Source of the DNA: Octopus sinensis
Lineage: Eukaryota
DNA length: 64,000 bases
Reading direction: 5' to 3'
NCBI RefSeq assembly: GCF_006345805.1
Contig: NC_043005.1
Coordinates: 67,518,001-67,582,000 of the forward strand
The notes below the pieces were generated by a model. The model saw only the letters and a list, made by a program, of their open reading frames with translations, was not told where the DNA came from and ran no database searches. The translations under genes and the position numbers were made by a program. How positions within the stretch are numbered: position 1 is the first letter of the stretch; the number at the start of each line of letters is the position of its first letter. Shown here piece by piece: positions 1 to 11,919 of the stretch.

Positions 1-427
1 CCGTTGTTGCTACAGTTTTTGAAATTTTCAAATTAAGTGACAATTTTTAAATATGGTTGAGTACAGGAATCGACGTAATCAACTTATCCTTTCACCGATA
101 TTGCTGACCTTGAGCCAATATTTGAAGCCAATGTTTGTGCGTCTGATCTGATTACAACCTACAGTTTGAACGAACGATTGAAGTGGGCAAATTATATTAC
201 GTTATTGGGGTAAATGGTTTGTTACAAGTCGGCAGAATAGTGAAAAAATAGCAGAAATGCTTACGTGTATGTTCCAAAATTCAGGCATGGAGCTCTAGTG
301 AATTTCATAGTGTTATTGTTGACATTTATCTTCTGGGCGAAATCGAACCAACAGATCTCCCATAGAAAGGAAGTATTCCAACCGTAAAGATTATCTTTAC
401 CGATATGTTTTACTCAAACAACTATAT

Positions 428-547
428 TATGTACATTATTTACAATTGACGGATATTTATCCTCATCTTGTTTGTTGATAACACAACGTTTCGGCTTCAT
501 CAGGTATCTTGGAGAAATTTCGAACCTAGTTTCTCATTTCTAAGGTA
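428..547 (-). mobile_element. Penelope-like (pLTR-type) repeat arm, inverted partner of 841-995
   Basis: Reverse complement (taccttagaaatgagaaactaggttcgaaatttctccaagatacctgatgaagccgaaacgttgtgttatcaacaaacaagatgagg...) aligns with the plus-strand copy at 841-995 and contains a CTGATGA...GAAACGTT hammerhead-like core. Confidence 0.6.
480..508 (-). ncRNA. Minimal type I hammerhead ribozyme-like motif (dimer type, stem II collapsed)
   Basis: Minus strand reads gatac-CTGATGA-agcc-GAAA-CGTT-gtgtt. Stem I gatac/gtgtt pairs with two G-U wobbles, and palindromic AACGTT replaces stem III, as in PLE dimeric hammerheads. Confidence 0.45.
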
Positions 548-603
548 TTTTCGATGTTGTTGTTGTTGTTATTATCATTATTATTATTATTATTAGTTAT
601 TCA

Positions 604-681
604 AGGCACTGCCTGGAATTGAACTCGGATTCTTGGGGTTAGTAGCACCTCCTCTTAGCCATTACGCTATACACCCGTGGG
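604..681 (-). mobile_element. tRNA-derived SINE head (degenerate tRNA-like segment)
   Basis: Minus strand has A-box-like TAGCGTAATGG and B-box-like GAGTTCAATTCC at tRNA spacing. Stems are too degenerate for a functional tRNA. Confidence 0.5.
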
Positions 682-715
682 CAATTATAGCGTGCCTTGA
701 ACAGATAATAGTAAC

Positions 716-791
716 ATGAATAATAATAATAATAATAATAACAATAATAATAACAATAATAATAATAATAACAATAACAATAATAATAATA

Positions 792-827
<36 letters not shown>

Positions 828-828
828 C
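716..828. repeat. (AAT)n/(AAC) microsatellite
   Basis: Direct reading; explains the poly-N and poly-Y ORFs at 639-1030. Confidence 0.98.
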
Positions 829-840
829 CTCAGCAAAAAT

Positions 841-995
841 TACTTTAGGAATGAGAACCCAGGGTTGGGTTCAAAATTCAACCTGGACACCCTATGAAAG
901 CTGGTGTGTATATCAGCCGAAACGTTGTGGTAACAACAAACAAGATGAGGACACATATCCGTCCAATGTAAATAATGTAAATAATGTACAAAATT
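841..995 (+). mobile_element. Penelope-like (pLTR-type) repeat arm with mutated hammerhead core
   Basis: gacac-CCTATGA-a-agctg gtgtgtatat cagcc-GAAA-CGTT-gtggt. Stem II and GAAACGTT are retained, but the core CTGATGA is altered. Confidence 0.6.
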
Positions 996-1149
996 CCTCA
1001 TCTCGAAAATATAGAATAGAACTATATTAGCAGTCCATTTTTAAAAGGCGGTGTGACTTGAGACCCATTTGGCTACTATTTCTATCGGGAGAATAGCTTT
1101 TTGGATCGCCTTCCCTGGTACAAATGATGGATACATATTTCCAGTCCTG

Positions 1150-1520
1150 CCACAGGTCTGACACATTTTTTCTACTTGCTCTTGATAATATATCAGTTTA
1201 TACAGAAATTCTTAGCAATTCCTCCAGCCATTCATCCATTTTCTACATTCACTATTCCTCGGACGGTGCAAGAGGTAGAATGCTCTGACCTCCTCCATAG
1301 AGTCCAGTCTGACGCAACCGTTATAAAATTTTCCGGCTGGATTCCAACACGTGACCAACTGGCACAACGGATATTATCAAAACATGTCGTTCATGGTCTA
1401 GGCCTAAGTCTGCAGCAATTTTGCCAGGTTTGAAGAATGTGAATTGTGGTTCTTTCCTGCGGCATTCAAACCACATGCTCGTATTACCAGAGCTGAGACT
1501 TCTTAACGCAGAGAAGTAGT
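1150..1520 (-). mobile_element. RTE-clade LINE 3' remnant
   Basis: Minus-strand translation ...NFITVASDWTLWRR... resembles the RTE C-terminal W..LA.DR..WR motif; heavily decayed. Confidence 0.35.
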
Positions 1521-2343
1521 GGCTCGACCTGATACGGGTCCTAATCTCTTAGCAATTCATTTTCAAAAATATATATTATCCATTTTTGTTTACTCACCTA
1601 TTGATTTAATTTCTAAAGTATTATTAGCGAGTTTTAAGTGTGGTTTTACGGAAAATACATTTCATGACGTTCCTGTAATTTTAGAAAATACAAACGTCAC
1701 GTAATCATACTTTTTCTCTGTTACAAATCTTGATTACTTTTATCTACATAAAAATACAAATCATTAAAATAATGAGTTTTAGCTTAAGCACAAAGCTAGG
1801 AAGTGGGACAGTAGATTAATATCGAGCACATTACTTGAGTGGTACTTGGTTTTATCGATTACGAAAGGATGACTGGGAAAGTCGACCTCGACAGAATAAA
1901 GATTTAGAACAGAAGAGGACGTAACTAAATACCACAAAGTAGTTTTTGGGTAATCTACTGATTCTGCCAATCTATTACCCTTACAAATTAGTAGAATGAT
2001 AGAAAAGATCGATCGATCGACCTGAGATTTGTGTTTCACAATGCAGCAGTATTCAGAGAATATAAACTAAAATCGATTTTTTTTTTCAATAAGTTGTCTC
2101 GATAAAGAATGTGCACAAAAGTCATGTTTGTTGGAGCGAAATAATAAAATTTACCATTTCTAAGAAATCTGACCTTCAATAGATTTTAGAACAGACTTCC
2201 TTGCATAATTAAAATACTTAATACGATAATAAAATAAAATACAGTCAAGATTACATCAAACATAGACATGCATGTGCACATTCAACATATATATGTATAT
2301 ATACATATGTGTGTGTGTTCGTGTACGCTTCTGCGATTGCATG

Positions 2344-2385
<42 letters not shown>

Positions 2386-2742
2386 CGAACCTACGTATAC
2401 ATACATATATACAGGTAAGTATATATGTCTGAAGCGAAGTATATCTGTGCGTGTATGTAAGGCATTCTTCCACAAAGTTTTCGGCAGTCAAATTCTGAAC
2501 TGATATCATAAAGGAATATACGTGGCGAAGTGGTCGTGGATGGGCAGCGAACTGCGTTGTGTCAAAGCTGACTTCTTAACTTCTAAGCTTTGTCTTAGCA
2601 TTTGCACTTTTACACAGATAGGTACACGCACACATACTCGCACACACACACACATACACATAAGTATATCCATGGTGTGTACGTGTATATATAACTATCT
2701 ATCTATCTATCTATCCATTCTATCTATCTGTATAAAACATAC

Positions 2743-3108
2743 AAATTAAGAGAAATGACCCGCAAATTGGATTCCTAATATGCTAAAGATAGACGTCAGA
2801 TCTCCTTACCACGAAGAGTGTGTTCTCAAGAAAATTTCAGCAAACGCCAGAATGTCAAAATGAGCAAGACAAATGAAAATATACGAAATAAATACCGATT
2901 AACTACGTACGATGGTTTCGTTTGTTATTATTTACAAATGGTATGTAGTTAATCGTTTTTTATTTCGTATATTTTCATTTGTCTTCCTCATTTTCATATT
3001 CTGGCGTTTGCTGAAATTTTCTTGAGAACACACTTTTCGTTGTAAGGCGATTTGACGTCTATCTTTAGCATATTAGGAATCCACTTTGGAGGTCATTCCT
3101 CTTAATTT
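2743..3108. mobile_element. Foldback/MITE-like palindrome (two 164-bp arms, ~38-nt loop)
   Basis: 2743-2906 is an imperfect reverse complement of 2945-3108 (aaattaagagaaatgacc... / ...ggtcattcctcttaattt). Confidence 0.85.
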
Positions 3109-3203
3109 TTATGTAATATAATTTTTCATCTTCGGATCTTCTAAATATGCTAAGCCACTGGCTTTTAATTGATTAATATCAATTTCTATCCGCATTATTT
3201 AAG

Positions 3204-3246
<43 letters not shown>

Positions 3247-3249
<3 letters not shown>

Positions 3250-3994
3250 TGTACGATGGGTAAATTGTCGCCAGCCAGAAATTTGGAAACAACATGCTGT
3301 ACTGTTTGGCCTTCACGCCGGAAGATTCAGTACGAATATTTCAGCGTGTTTGAGTAGAGTGTTTAGGTGTCGATATGAGGACAGTGCTATCTGAAGACAT
3401 GTACCGAGAGAGATAAATATTAAACATCTAGTCAACATCATGGTGCTTGGAGTGATCACTTGTGATGGCAATGTTATGCTTCCATTTATCTTCCCACACG
3501 TCCACAAACTCAACACGGAGGCCTACATCAAGTGCCTGCTGGAGGTAGTACTGCCCTGGCGAAGAGGATGGCCACTGCATGACCTTATATCTGGCAACAG
3601 AACTCTGTACCATGCCACACCAGAAGGAGACCCAGTCATGGCTGTCAGACAATTTCTGAAACCACATTACTCCTAACTCCTCAGACTGCAACCCCCTTGA
3701 TAATTATGTCAAAGGTGCATCTGAGCGACAGACCATCAAAACTCCTTCTAACACCAAAGATGAACTGAAGGCAAAGATTATGGCAGCATCTACCAACCAT
3801 CCAGCAGAGTTGCAGGAGATTCCGAAGTTGCTTCGAGGCCGTGGTGGAAGCCAAATGGCGCTTTTATTGAATAAATTTACTCTTTATTATTTCAAAATAT
3901 TTATGTATTTTTGGTTAATATATCTGTAAAACTGAGATGTCAGTGTTATTTTCCTTTTGCGTCATTTAGACGACAGCATATTCACCGCACCCTG
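3247..3994 (+). mobile_element. Non-autonomous Tc1/mariner-superfamily element (maT/DD37D-like), copy 1
   Basis: TA-flanked imperfect TIRs (cagtgtacgatgggtaaattgtcg / cgacagcatattcaccgcaccctg). Transposase fragments MVLGVITCDGNVMLPFIFPH..LNTEAYIKCL and an SPDCNPLD-like segment. Confidence 0.8.
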
Positions 3995-3996
3995 TG

Positions 3997-4030
<34 letters not shown>

Positions 4031-4037
4031 ATATATA

Positions 4038-4781
4038 CAGTGTACGATGGGTAAATTGTCGCCAGCCAGAAATTGGAAACAACATGCTGTACTGTTTGGC
4101 CTTCACGCCGGAAGATTCAGTACGAATATTTCAGCGTGTTTGAGTAGAGTGTTTAGGTGTCGATATGAGGACAGTGCTATCTGAAGACATGTACCGAGAG
4201 AGATAAATATTAAACATCTAGTCAACATCATGGTGCTTGGAGTGATCACTTGTGATGGCAATGTTATGCTTCCATTTATCTTCCCACACGTCCACAAACT
4301 CAACACGGAGGCCTACATCAAGTGCCTGCTGGAGGTAGTACTGCCCTGGCGAAGAGGATGGCCACTGCATGACCTTATATCTGGCAACAGAACTCTGTAC
4401 CATGCCACACCAGAAGGAGACCCAGTCATGGCTGTCAGACAATTTCTGAAACCACATTACTCCTAACTCCTCAGACTGCAACCCCCTTGATAATTATGTC
4501 AAAGGTGCATCTGAGCGACAGACCATCAAAACTCCTTCTAACACCAAAGATGAACTGAAGGCAAAGATTATGGCAGCATCTACCAACCATCCAGCAGAGT
4601 TGCAGGAGATTCCGAAGTTGCTTCGAGGCCGTGGTGGAAGCCAAATGGCGCTTTTATTGAATAAATTTACTCTTTATTATTTCAAAATATTTATGTATTT
4701 TTGGTTAATATATCTGTAAAACTGAGATGTCAGTGTTATTTTCCTTTTGCGTCATTTAGACGACAGCATATTCACCGCACC

Positions 4782-4784
<3 letters not shown>
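4038..4784 (+). mobile_element. Non-autonomous maT-like element, copy 2 (tandem duplicate of 3247-3994)
   Basis: Matches copy 1 except for a 1-bp indel (aaatttggaaac vs aaattggaaac); the ORF track shows identical peptides offset by 790 bp. Confidence 0.8.
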
Positions 4785-4834
<50 letters not shown>

Positions 4835-4841
<7 letters not shown>

Positions 4842-5119
4842 ATCACGTGACCGACCAGACCATCAGATGTTGTTACACATCGCTGGTCACAATGCGTTCG
4901 CATTATTTTAGCCTTCGAATGACGCCATCCCGCTGGCTAAGCGAGCAGGCCAACAGAAGAAAGAGTGAGAGAAAGTGTGGTGAAAGAGTACAGCAGGGAT
5001 CACCACCTCCTGCCGGAGCCTCGTGGAACTTTTGAGGTGTTTTCGCTCAATAAACACTCACAACGCCCGGTCTAGGAATGGAAACCGCGATCCTACGACC
5101 GCGAGTCCGCTGCCCTAAC
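4835..5119 (-). mobile_element. tRNA-derived SINE family A (tail ...ggtcacgtgatcacgtga)
   Basis: Reverse complement of the plus-strand copy at 38171-38477, with tRNA-like head (gttagggcagcggactcgcggtcg). Confidence 0.85.
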
Positions 5120-5799
5120 GCACACACACGAGTGGGTGTTGAAAAGGTCTTGGCTTTTGGGGGCGTTGCGAAAGGCCTGGCTGGAAGCCCAGCATTCCGA
5201 GTTGTTTTACAGAACTTAGTAAAAATGTAGAACCGCTGCAATAAAGATGGGAATATGCTGAATAAAATCATAATTAACTGATCCTCCAGTGTATTCTTTT
5301 ACCGTAAGCGAGGACATTTTCAGCAACCGCTAGTATATATACACACATATATAGACACACGTGTGTGCGTGTATGTTTGGTGATGCAAACAGGAAAATAG
5401 AACTAGAAACATGTGTGTGTCTTTGTGTGCGTGTCTCTGAATGTGTGGACTTGTGTGTGTGTGTGCGTAAGAGAGAGAATTTATGAACATGCATGCAAGT
5501 GTGTGAATATAGGTATTTGTGTGAATATATGTGTGTGTATTCATGTACAAACAGTATTTATAATCAGCCCCACTCACAGTTACGTGTGCGTGAGTAAGCA
5601 TATATATTTTAAAATTTCCTTTATTTACTTACTTATTTATTTATTTATTGAGAGGCGTAAACTATGTTATAAATATGCAATATCTACGTGACATTGTAAT
5701 TATTTTAAATATATTCGTTTCAGAACAATCCAGGGAAATACCATTATTACCGGTATATAAATATGTGACACTCTTATCTGAAACCAGTTTATTAAATAT

Positions 5800-7194
5800 G
5801 CTCAATGGAAGTAAGGTTTGGCAACGAAGAAGATGCCATAAACCACTCAACGGAGCTGTTACGGACAACGAAATGGATACTACTTCCGACGCAGTGTAGC
5901 AAACGCGTTCCCAGAGTGAGAGTTGGAAGAGTGCCCCCCGAAGTCGAGGAAGAATGGCTGGTAGCAGCCATAATGCACAGTATTAAGGGTAGGGTAGAGA
6001 TCCTCAAGATGACGATGACCCAAAAGGTCAATTAGTGGGGATATGGCCTCGAAGTGACCATGCAGGTATCGTTGGACGACTTGCATAGTATAACGGAGTT
6101 AATAATACTCCCGGAAGATACCAGACTTCGAATAACAGTAGAAGGAAGACCACCAACATGCTTCCTATTTTTATTTTATCTAGTTTCAGCTCACGAGCTG
6201 TGGTCATGCTGGGGCACCGCCGGCAAAAAAGGGCACATGAAAGCAAGATGTCCCGAGAAGGAAAACGAAGAGGAGAAGAAAAGTGAAGAAAACAATACCG
6301 AAGAGGTATTACCAATAAAAGAGACAGATAGTTTGGAGGAATCCTTCACAGTAGTAAACACGAGGAAGAGTACGGAACGGGTGAATTCTCCCCCAGACAG
6401 TAAAAAAAGGCTAAAGGAGATTGTGGCGGAAGAATAGAGAAATAGGTGTGAAGCACCACCAGAAGCAGTAGTGAAAGAAGGCACGCTGGAAAAAAACACA
6501 GCATTACAACAGGGAGAAAAAGAAAGCGTTCTTAAAATTGGTTATGATGTTTCTGCACGCCCGAACAGATCATGACAGGAGCCGAAGCAAGCAGAAGTGA
6601 AAAGGAAGAGATATAAATGGCATTTGGTCACGTATTCCAAAAGTAAAGAAATAGTAAAAAAATTGTAAAATATAAATCGAAGTATAGCTGCCGCCAGAAA
6701 AATACCCGGAATACACTAAAGGAATAGTCATAGATAAAGAGAGATTTTTTGAAATTGAGAGAGATGTATTGACATTTCATAGACTCGCTGGGGGTTGAAG
6801 TCGAGTTTGGCGAGCTCCCACCGGTCGTGGAATGGGAAGATTTGAAACTCTTTATGAAAAGTTTGTAATTCATATAAAGTTTGTACTTCATATAAAGAAA
6901 AAAATACGAGGAAAATAGACTGTTAAAAAAATTAAAGTAAAAAGAAACGATACAAAAAAAAACAACAAAAGACTAAGAAAAAGAACAAGCGAAAAAGGAA
7001 AAAAGAGAAAAGACTGTAAGAACGTTTAATTGTAAAAAAGATATCACGGTTTCGTCTCGAAGCGGGACCGAGAAAACCGTCTCATATACATTATAATTTA
7101 ATTCATTGTAATTCATTCTTTCATATGTTTTTTATTCCCGCATCTTTGTGTATGTCCCCTCTGTATTCAGGCATTGTGCCTATAATAAAGAAAT
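5800..7194 (+). mobile_element. ORF1-only L1/Tx1-like non-LTR retroelement, 5'-truncated, 18-bp TSD
   Basis: Perfect TSD aaccagtttattaaatat at 5782-5799 and 7195-7212. Gag-like ORF1 with a CCHC knuckle (VEGRPPTCFL...GKKGHMKARCP), no EN/RT remnant recognised, 3' stem-loop at 7046-7080 and AATAAA at 7184-7189. Confidence 0.8.
5805..6437 (+). pseudogene. Disrupted retroelement ORF1 (CCHC zinc knuckle, acidic/basic tail)
   Basis: ORFs 5805-6035 and 6054-6437 are in the same frame, separated by one TAG (6033-6035). The knuckle is interrupted by an in-frame SINE fragment, and ORF1-like peptide continues in other frames to ~6870. Confidence 0.7.
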
Positions 7195-7699
7195 AACCAG
7201 TTTATTAAATATCGATGTACGAAACTCTCGGCCCCTGAGTTACTCTGTAACTTCTATGAATTATTAATTAAAAAAAAGCATATATAAGAATTAATTAGTA
7301 TGAATGCATCTGAGGCAAGTTCAGTTTAAAATGTACAAATAATATATGAGTGTTAATGTTGCCTTCAAATATTAGTACAAGGCCAGTAATTACGGATTAA
7401 GGGATAATTCGGTTGTAGTGTGTAAATGATATTTATCTTATCGATTCCGTAAGAATGAAAGGCAAAGTCGGCGGAATTTGAACTTAGAACGTAAAGACGG
7501 ACGAAATACCGCAAAGCATTTTACCCGGCAGGCTAACGATTCCACCAGCTTGCCGTCTTATACGTGTGTTTATATTGGCAATGCTATTTCTCTGTCACTG
7601 TATATTTCTAATTAAGTTTTCCCAAAATTAGTAATAAAAAGAATTTTAAGTCACCAAATCACGTTTGCTTCTTTAATTTTTTTTAACTAGTAATTTAAC

Positions 7700-8400
7700 A
7701 GACAAAATTTACTGAAGCATATCAATAGAAAATATGTTCAAAAGAATTTCACTGCATCGTAATTTAATTTACTCTGGTGAGATTACAGTCAGCGCATTGA
7801 ACATTTTGATTCCCAGTGTCTGGACAGAAATGGAAATGAAGCATGTTCAGCTCTTTCTGTCACTTTTGGGTAGAAGTCGCATTTCAAGAGCCATAATACG
7901 TCATCGATTTTTCATCGAAGATATCCGTTACCTTCAAATAATTCTTCAACTTCATTTTGACAATGAGCAGGAACTTTTCAACTCAAATTTAACACGATTT
8001 CACTCTGAATCCAACTCTTCATCAATCCCGCCAGGAAAATATCGGCAGAGTTCATTTTCTATTACTGTCAAACGCTGCAGCATTTCAATTGCGCAACTTC
8101 TGGAAATGTTTCCTTCACTACCAGCAACAAGAATTGATGACAGTTTCTGAAACAGTGCAATATTTTTGTACTTAACTTTCACTTCCAATTTACCAATTTA
8201 CTCATGAACGCTTTCAAGGAATCAATAAATTTTATTATGTTTGCACGGCTTCCTTTCAGATGAAGCTTCAGGTTATTTGAACAGTCCTTAATCATTCGAT
8301 TAGGCAGATGATTTCATTTTACTGTGAACTAATTTCAGCTCACCTCTAAGCATAAAATACTAATTTCATTCAGTTACATATATTTCTGAAAGAAATCGAT
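7700..8400 (-). mobile_element. hAT transposase remnant (Charlie/SCAND3/ZBED8-like C-terminus)
   Basis: Minus-strand peptides NIALFQKLSSIL...ENELCRYFP, VEKVPAHCQNE, DIFDEKS and FYPKVTERA..FPF match my recollection of this family; frameshifted. Confidence 0.55.
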
Positions 8401-9689
8401 CTCTTGTGTGGAGGAAAAAATCCAATAATATGTTGCATTTATGTTAATACGTAACTCTTTATTAAGTCTTGAGCTGAAGTTTTCTCCTATGACAAAACAC
8501 ATAATTCGTATTATTTGATCCGAAATTTCTAGTCCTGAGATAAAAAAAATAATGTTTTAACCATTGCTTAACGATGTTTAATGCAATGACTGGCTTTCAT
8601 TTTTGAAGTACATTTTTAAAGAAATTTTTGAAATTTGTATATTGCCCCCATTACTAAAGATTGTTTGACTTCATGAAAGATGAAAGAGTTTCCAAAATAA
8701 TTGGGTTACTGATTATCGTTCCGAGCAAAAAGAAACCATTAAGCTTCTCTTTAAAGGAACTTGTGAGAAATTATCTTCTGAATATTCCTGTCAACAATAG
8801 GTAAAAGGCCTGCAATTTGTGGGCAGGGGATTAGTCGATTACATTGGCCCCTAGTGATCAAGTGGTCCTTATTTTATCGACCCCGAAATGATGAAAGTCG
8901 ACTTTGGTGGACTTTGAACTCAGAACGTGTGAATAGACGAAATTCCGCTAAATAGTTTGCCCGGCATGCTACCGATACTGTCAACTCACCACCTTACCAT
9001 ATCTTGAAAGTATTAGCATTTGTGAATACGAAGTCAAATCAGTGGGAGAATAAAGTCCAGCTGAAGACATGATCTTCTGCACAACATTTTATTTGATGCC
9101 GTCGGCCATGTTACTGCACATTTATCTTACGCACAAATGTACAAATTTACAGAGAAATATAGTAATATCCTTTATTGTTTATGCTGAATTTTTTTTTCAA
9201 AGGTGCATGCAACATAAATTATGTGAAATTGTTTTAAATGATTATGGAAGCTACTTCGGAGATTTCACTTTTTTTCTCTTAATTGCTAAATAGTATTAAT
9301 ATGCCTTTTCCAATAAAGCGGCGTGCAGGTAGAATTATTAGAAGGTCGGGTAAAATTCTTAGCTGAATTTCGTCCGTCTTTACGTTCTGAGTTCGAATTC
9401 TGCCAAAATCGAGTTTGCATCTTATCCATTCGGGGTCGATAAAATAAGTTACAGGTTGAACACTGGGGGTGGGGGTGGCAATCGACTTATCTCTCCACCA
9501 AATTTGCTGGCCTTGTACCATAATTTTGAAACCAATATGCATTTCTCCAACATTACTTGCACAGAGGCAAGTGAACATAAGTGCTACATTTCATTGTTTT
9601 TCTCCCTTCCGAATTCCAATCATGCTGAAATTAACCTTGATTTCTATTAAAGTGGCAATGAGTAAAACAGATAACTATACCAGTAACAT

Positions 9690-9977
9690 CACCGTGGCCG
9701 ACCAGGCTATCAGATGTTGTTACACATCGCTGGTCAAAATGCGCTTCGCATTGTTTTAGCCTTCAAATGACGCCACCCCGCTGGCTAAGCGAGCTAGCCA
9801 ACAGAAGAAAGGGTGAGAGAAAGTTGTGGCGAAAGAGTACAGCAAGGATCGCCACCACACCCTGCCGGAGGCTCGTGAAGCTTTAGATGTTTTCGCTCAA
9901 TAAACACTCACAACGCCCGGTCTGGGAATCGAAACCACGAGTTCGCTGCCCTAACCACTCTGTCATTGCACCTCCAC
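9690..9977 (-). mobile_element. SINE family A copy with 11-bp TSD
   Basis: TSD accagtaacat at 9679-9689 and 9978-9988. Confidence 0.85.
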
Positions 9978-11501
9978 ACCAGTAACATGCAGAGCTCTAA
10001 ACCTTAAATTCAGATATTTTTATTCATATAGTAAAAAATCAATGAAATTATCATCAGGGGGTACAGTATTGAAATCTATGAATTACAATATTTAATTTTG
10101 CTCGCCTAATGTTTTAGTTCAAATCCCGCTGGGAGCAACTTTGTCATTCATCTCTTCAAAATTGGTAAAATAATTATTAGCAATATAATTAGTAAGTATT
10201 ATTACAATGAGGAACATAGAACTCATGCATCTAGTGTAAAAATCAATAATAACATCGTTAAAGCAATAGAGATTATGAAGTTAAGACAAGGCTACAAATT
10301 ACTTCCACACTTGGTTGACGTACTTCATTTGCATTATATTGCTATTATCCACCGAAAAGGGATGAGAATCAGAGAAAGAAGCTACGCTGATAAAAGTTTG
10401 TACTAGTTTGTATTATTGTTGCGTAGCGGGGCATGAGATATCTGAACAAAGTGATTTACAATATTTCGCCTCATTTCTGGGGTCTATGAGTTCAATCTTG
10501 CAGGGGTCGATTAAAATGCTTGTTCTTTTTAGTAGAATAGTTTCATAAAAAATAGAATTTGCCCTCTTTAATATTTCTGAGTCCGTTTAGGCAACTACAG
10601 TACTTTTCGAATACAAATGCTTGAAAATTTAGTTGGTGGCATATAGAAGATCAATATTTTTCTTATACATAGCAGCAGAATCGATTTCAATATATGAAGT
10701 CTCAGGAACTTCAGAACATAAGACCGTTTACCTAAACAAAGGTAACACATTGTTTCATTTCACGGTTTGAATCTGTTATTTATTCAATCTGTTTCTCTTA
10801 TAAAATTGTGAATCTTCAATTAAGATAAATATTAATTTCAAATTTTGGCACAACCTCAGTAATTCTGAGGCAGTAGCTAAGTTAATGACTTCGATACAGT
10901 GTTCAACTGGTACATGTATTCTCGACCACAAAATGGTGAAAAACAGTCTACTGTAGCGAAAATTGAACTCAGATTATAAAGACGGACAAAATGCAACTAA
11001 ACATTTTTCCCGCGTGCTAACGATTCTGCCAGCTCACCGCCTTGATTAAAATTGATAATGATTTTAAATTTTGGCAAAAGGTCAGCAATTTGGAAGGAGT
11101 AGGTCCATTACATCAAACCCAGTGTTCAACTGGTGCTTATTTTAGCGACCCCGAAGGATGAAATGCAAAGTCGACCCCGCTGGTATTTGAACTCAGATCG
11201 TAAAGTCGTAAGAAATGCCACTAAGCATGTTTTCCAATGCGGTAACGAGTCTGCTAGCTCGCCGCCTTAATTTTAAAATATTAAAAAAAGATAGGGCGCC
11301 GAACTGGCGGAACCTTTAGCACGTCGGGCAAAATGCTTAGTGGTATTTCGTTCATTCTGAATTCAAATTCCGCTGCGGTCAACTTTACCGTTCATCCATT
11401 CTGGGTCGATAAAATAAGTACAAGTTGCATACTGGGATCGATGTAATCGACTTATCCCCTCTCCCGAAATTACAGTTCTTGTGCCTAAATTTGAAACCAA
11501 T

Positions 11502-11919
11502 GTTCTTTTCAACTTTAGGCACAAGGCCCGACATTTTTGGGGATGGGGCAGTCGATTAGATCGACCCTAGTACGCAACTTGTACTTAATTTATCGACGCT
11601 GAAAGGATGAGAGGCAAAGTTGACCTCGGTGGAATTTGAACTCAGAATGTAAATACAGACAAAATACTGCTAAGCATTTCGCCCGGCGTATTAATGTTTC
11701 TTATTTCTGTATTGCCCACAAAGGGCTAAACATAGGTGAGACAAAGGGATTAAGTCGATTACGTCGACCCCAGTGCATAACTGGTACTTAGTTTATCGAC
11801 CTCTAAAGGATGAAAAGCAAAGTCGACCTCGGTGGAATTTGAACTCAGAACGTAACATCAGACAAAATACCGCTGAGCATTTCGGCCGGCGTGCTAAGGT
11901 ATCTGCCAGCTCGCCGATT
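11502..11919 (-). mobile_element. Dimeric family C SINE inserted as one unit, 16-bp TSD
   Basis: TSD taaatttgaaaccaat at 11486-11501 and 11920-11935. Two monomers are joined at ...aatacagaaataagaaacattaatacgccggg. Confidence 0.8.

Noticed and set aside
604-681. Possible tRNA gene
   Set aside because: A and B boxes are present, but the acceptor, anticodon and T stems do not pair properly; treated as a SINE head. The same applies to the SINE heads at 38171, 19688 and elsewhere.
639-1030. Poly-Asn and poly-Tyr ORFs
   Set aside because: (AAT)n microsatellite running into a repeat arm.
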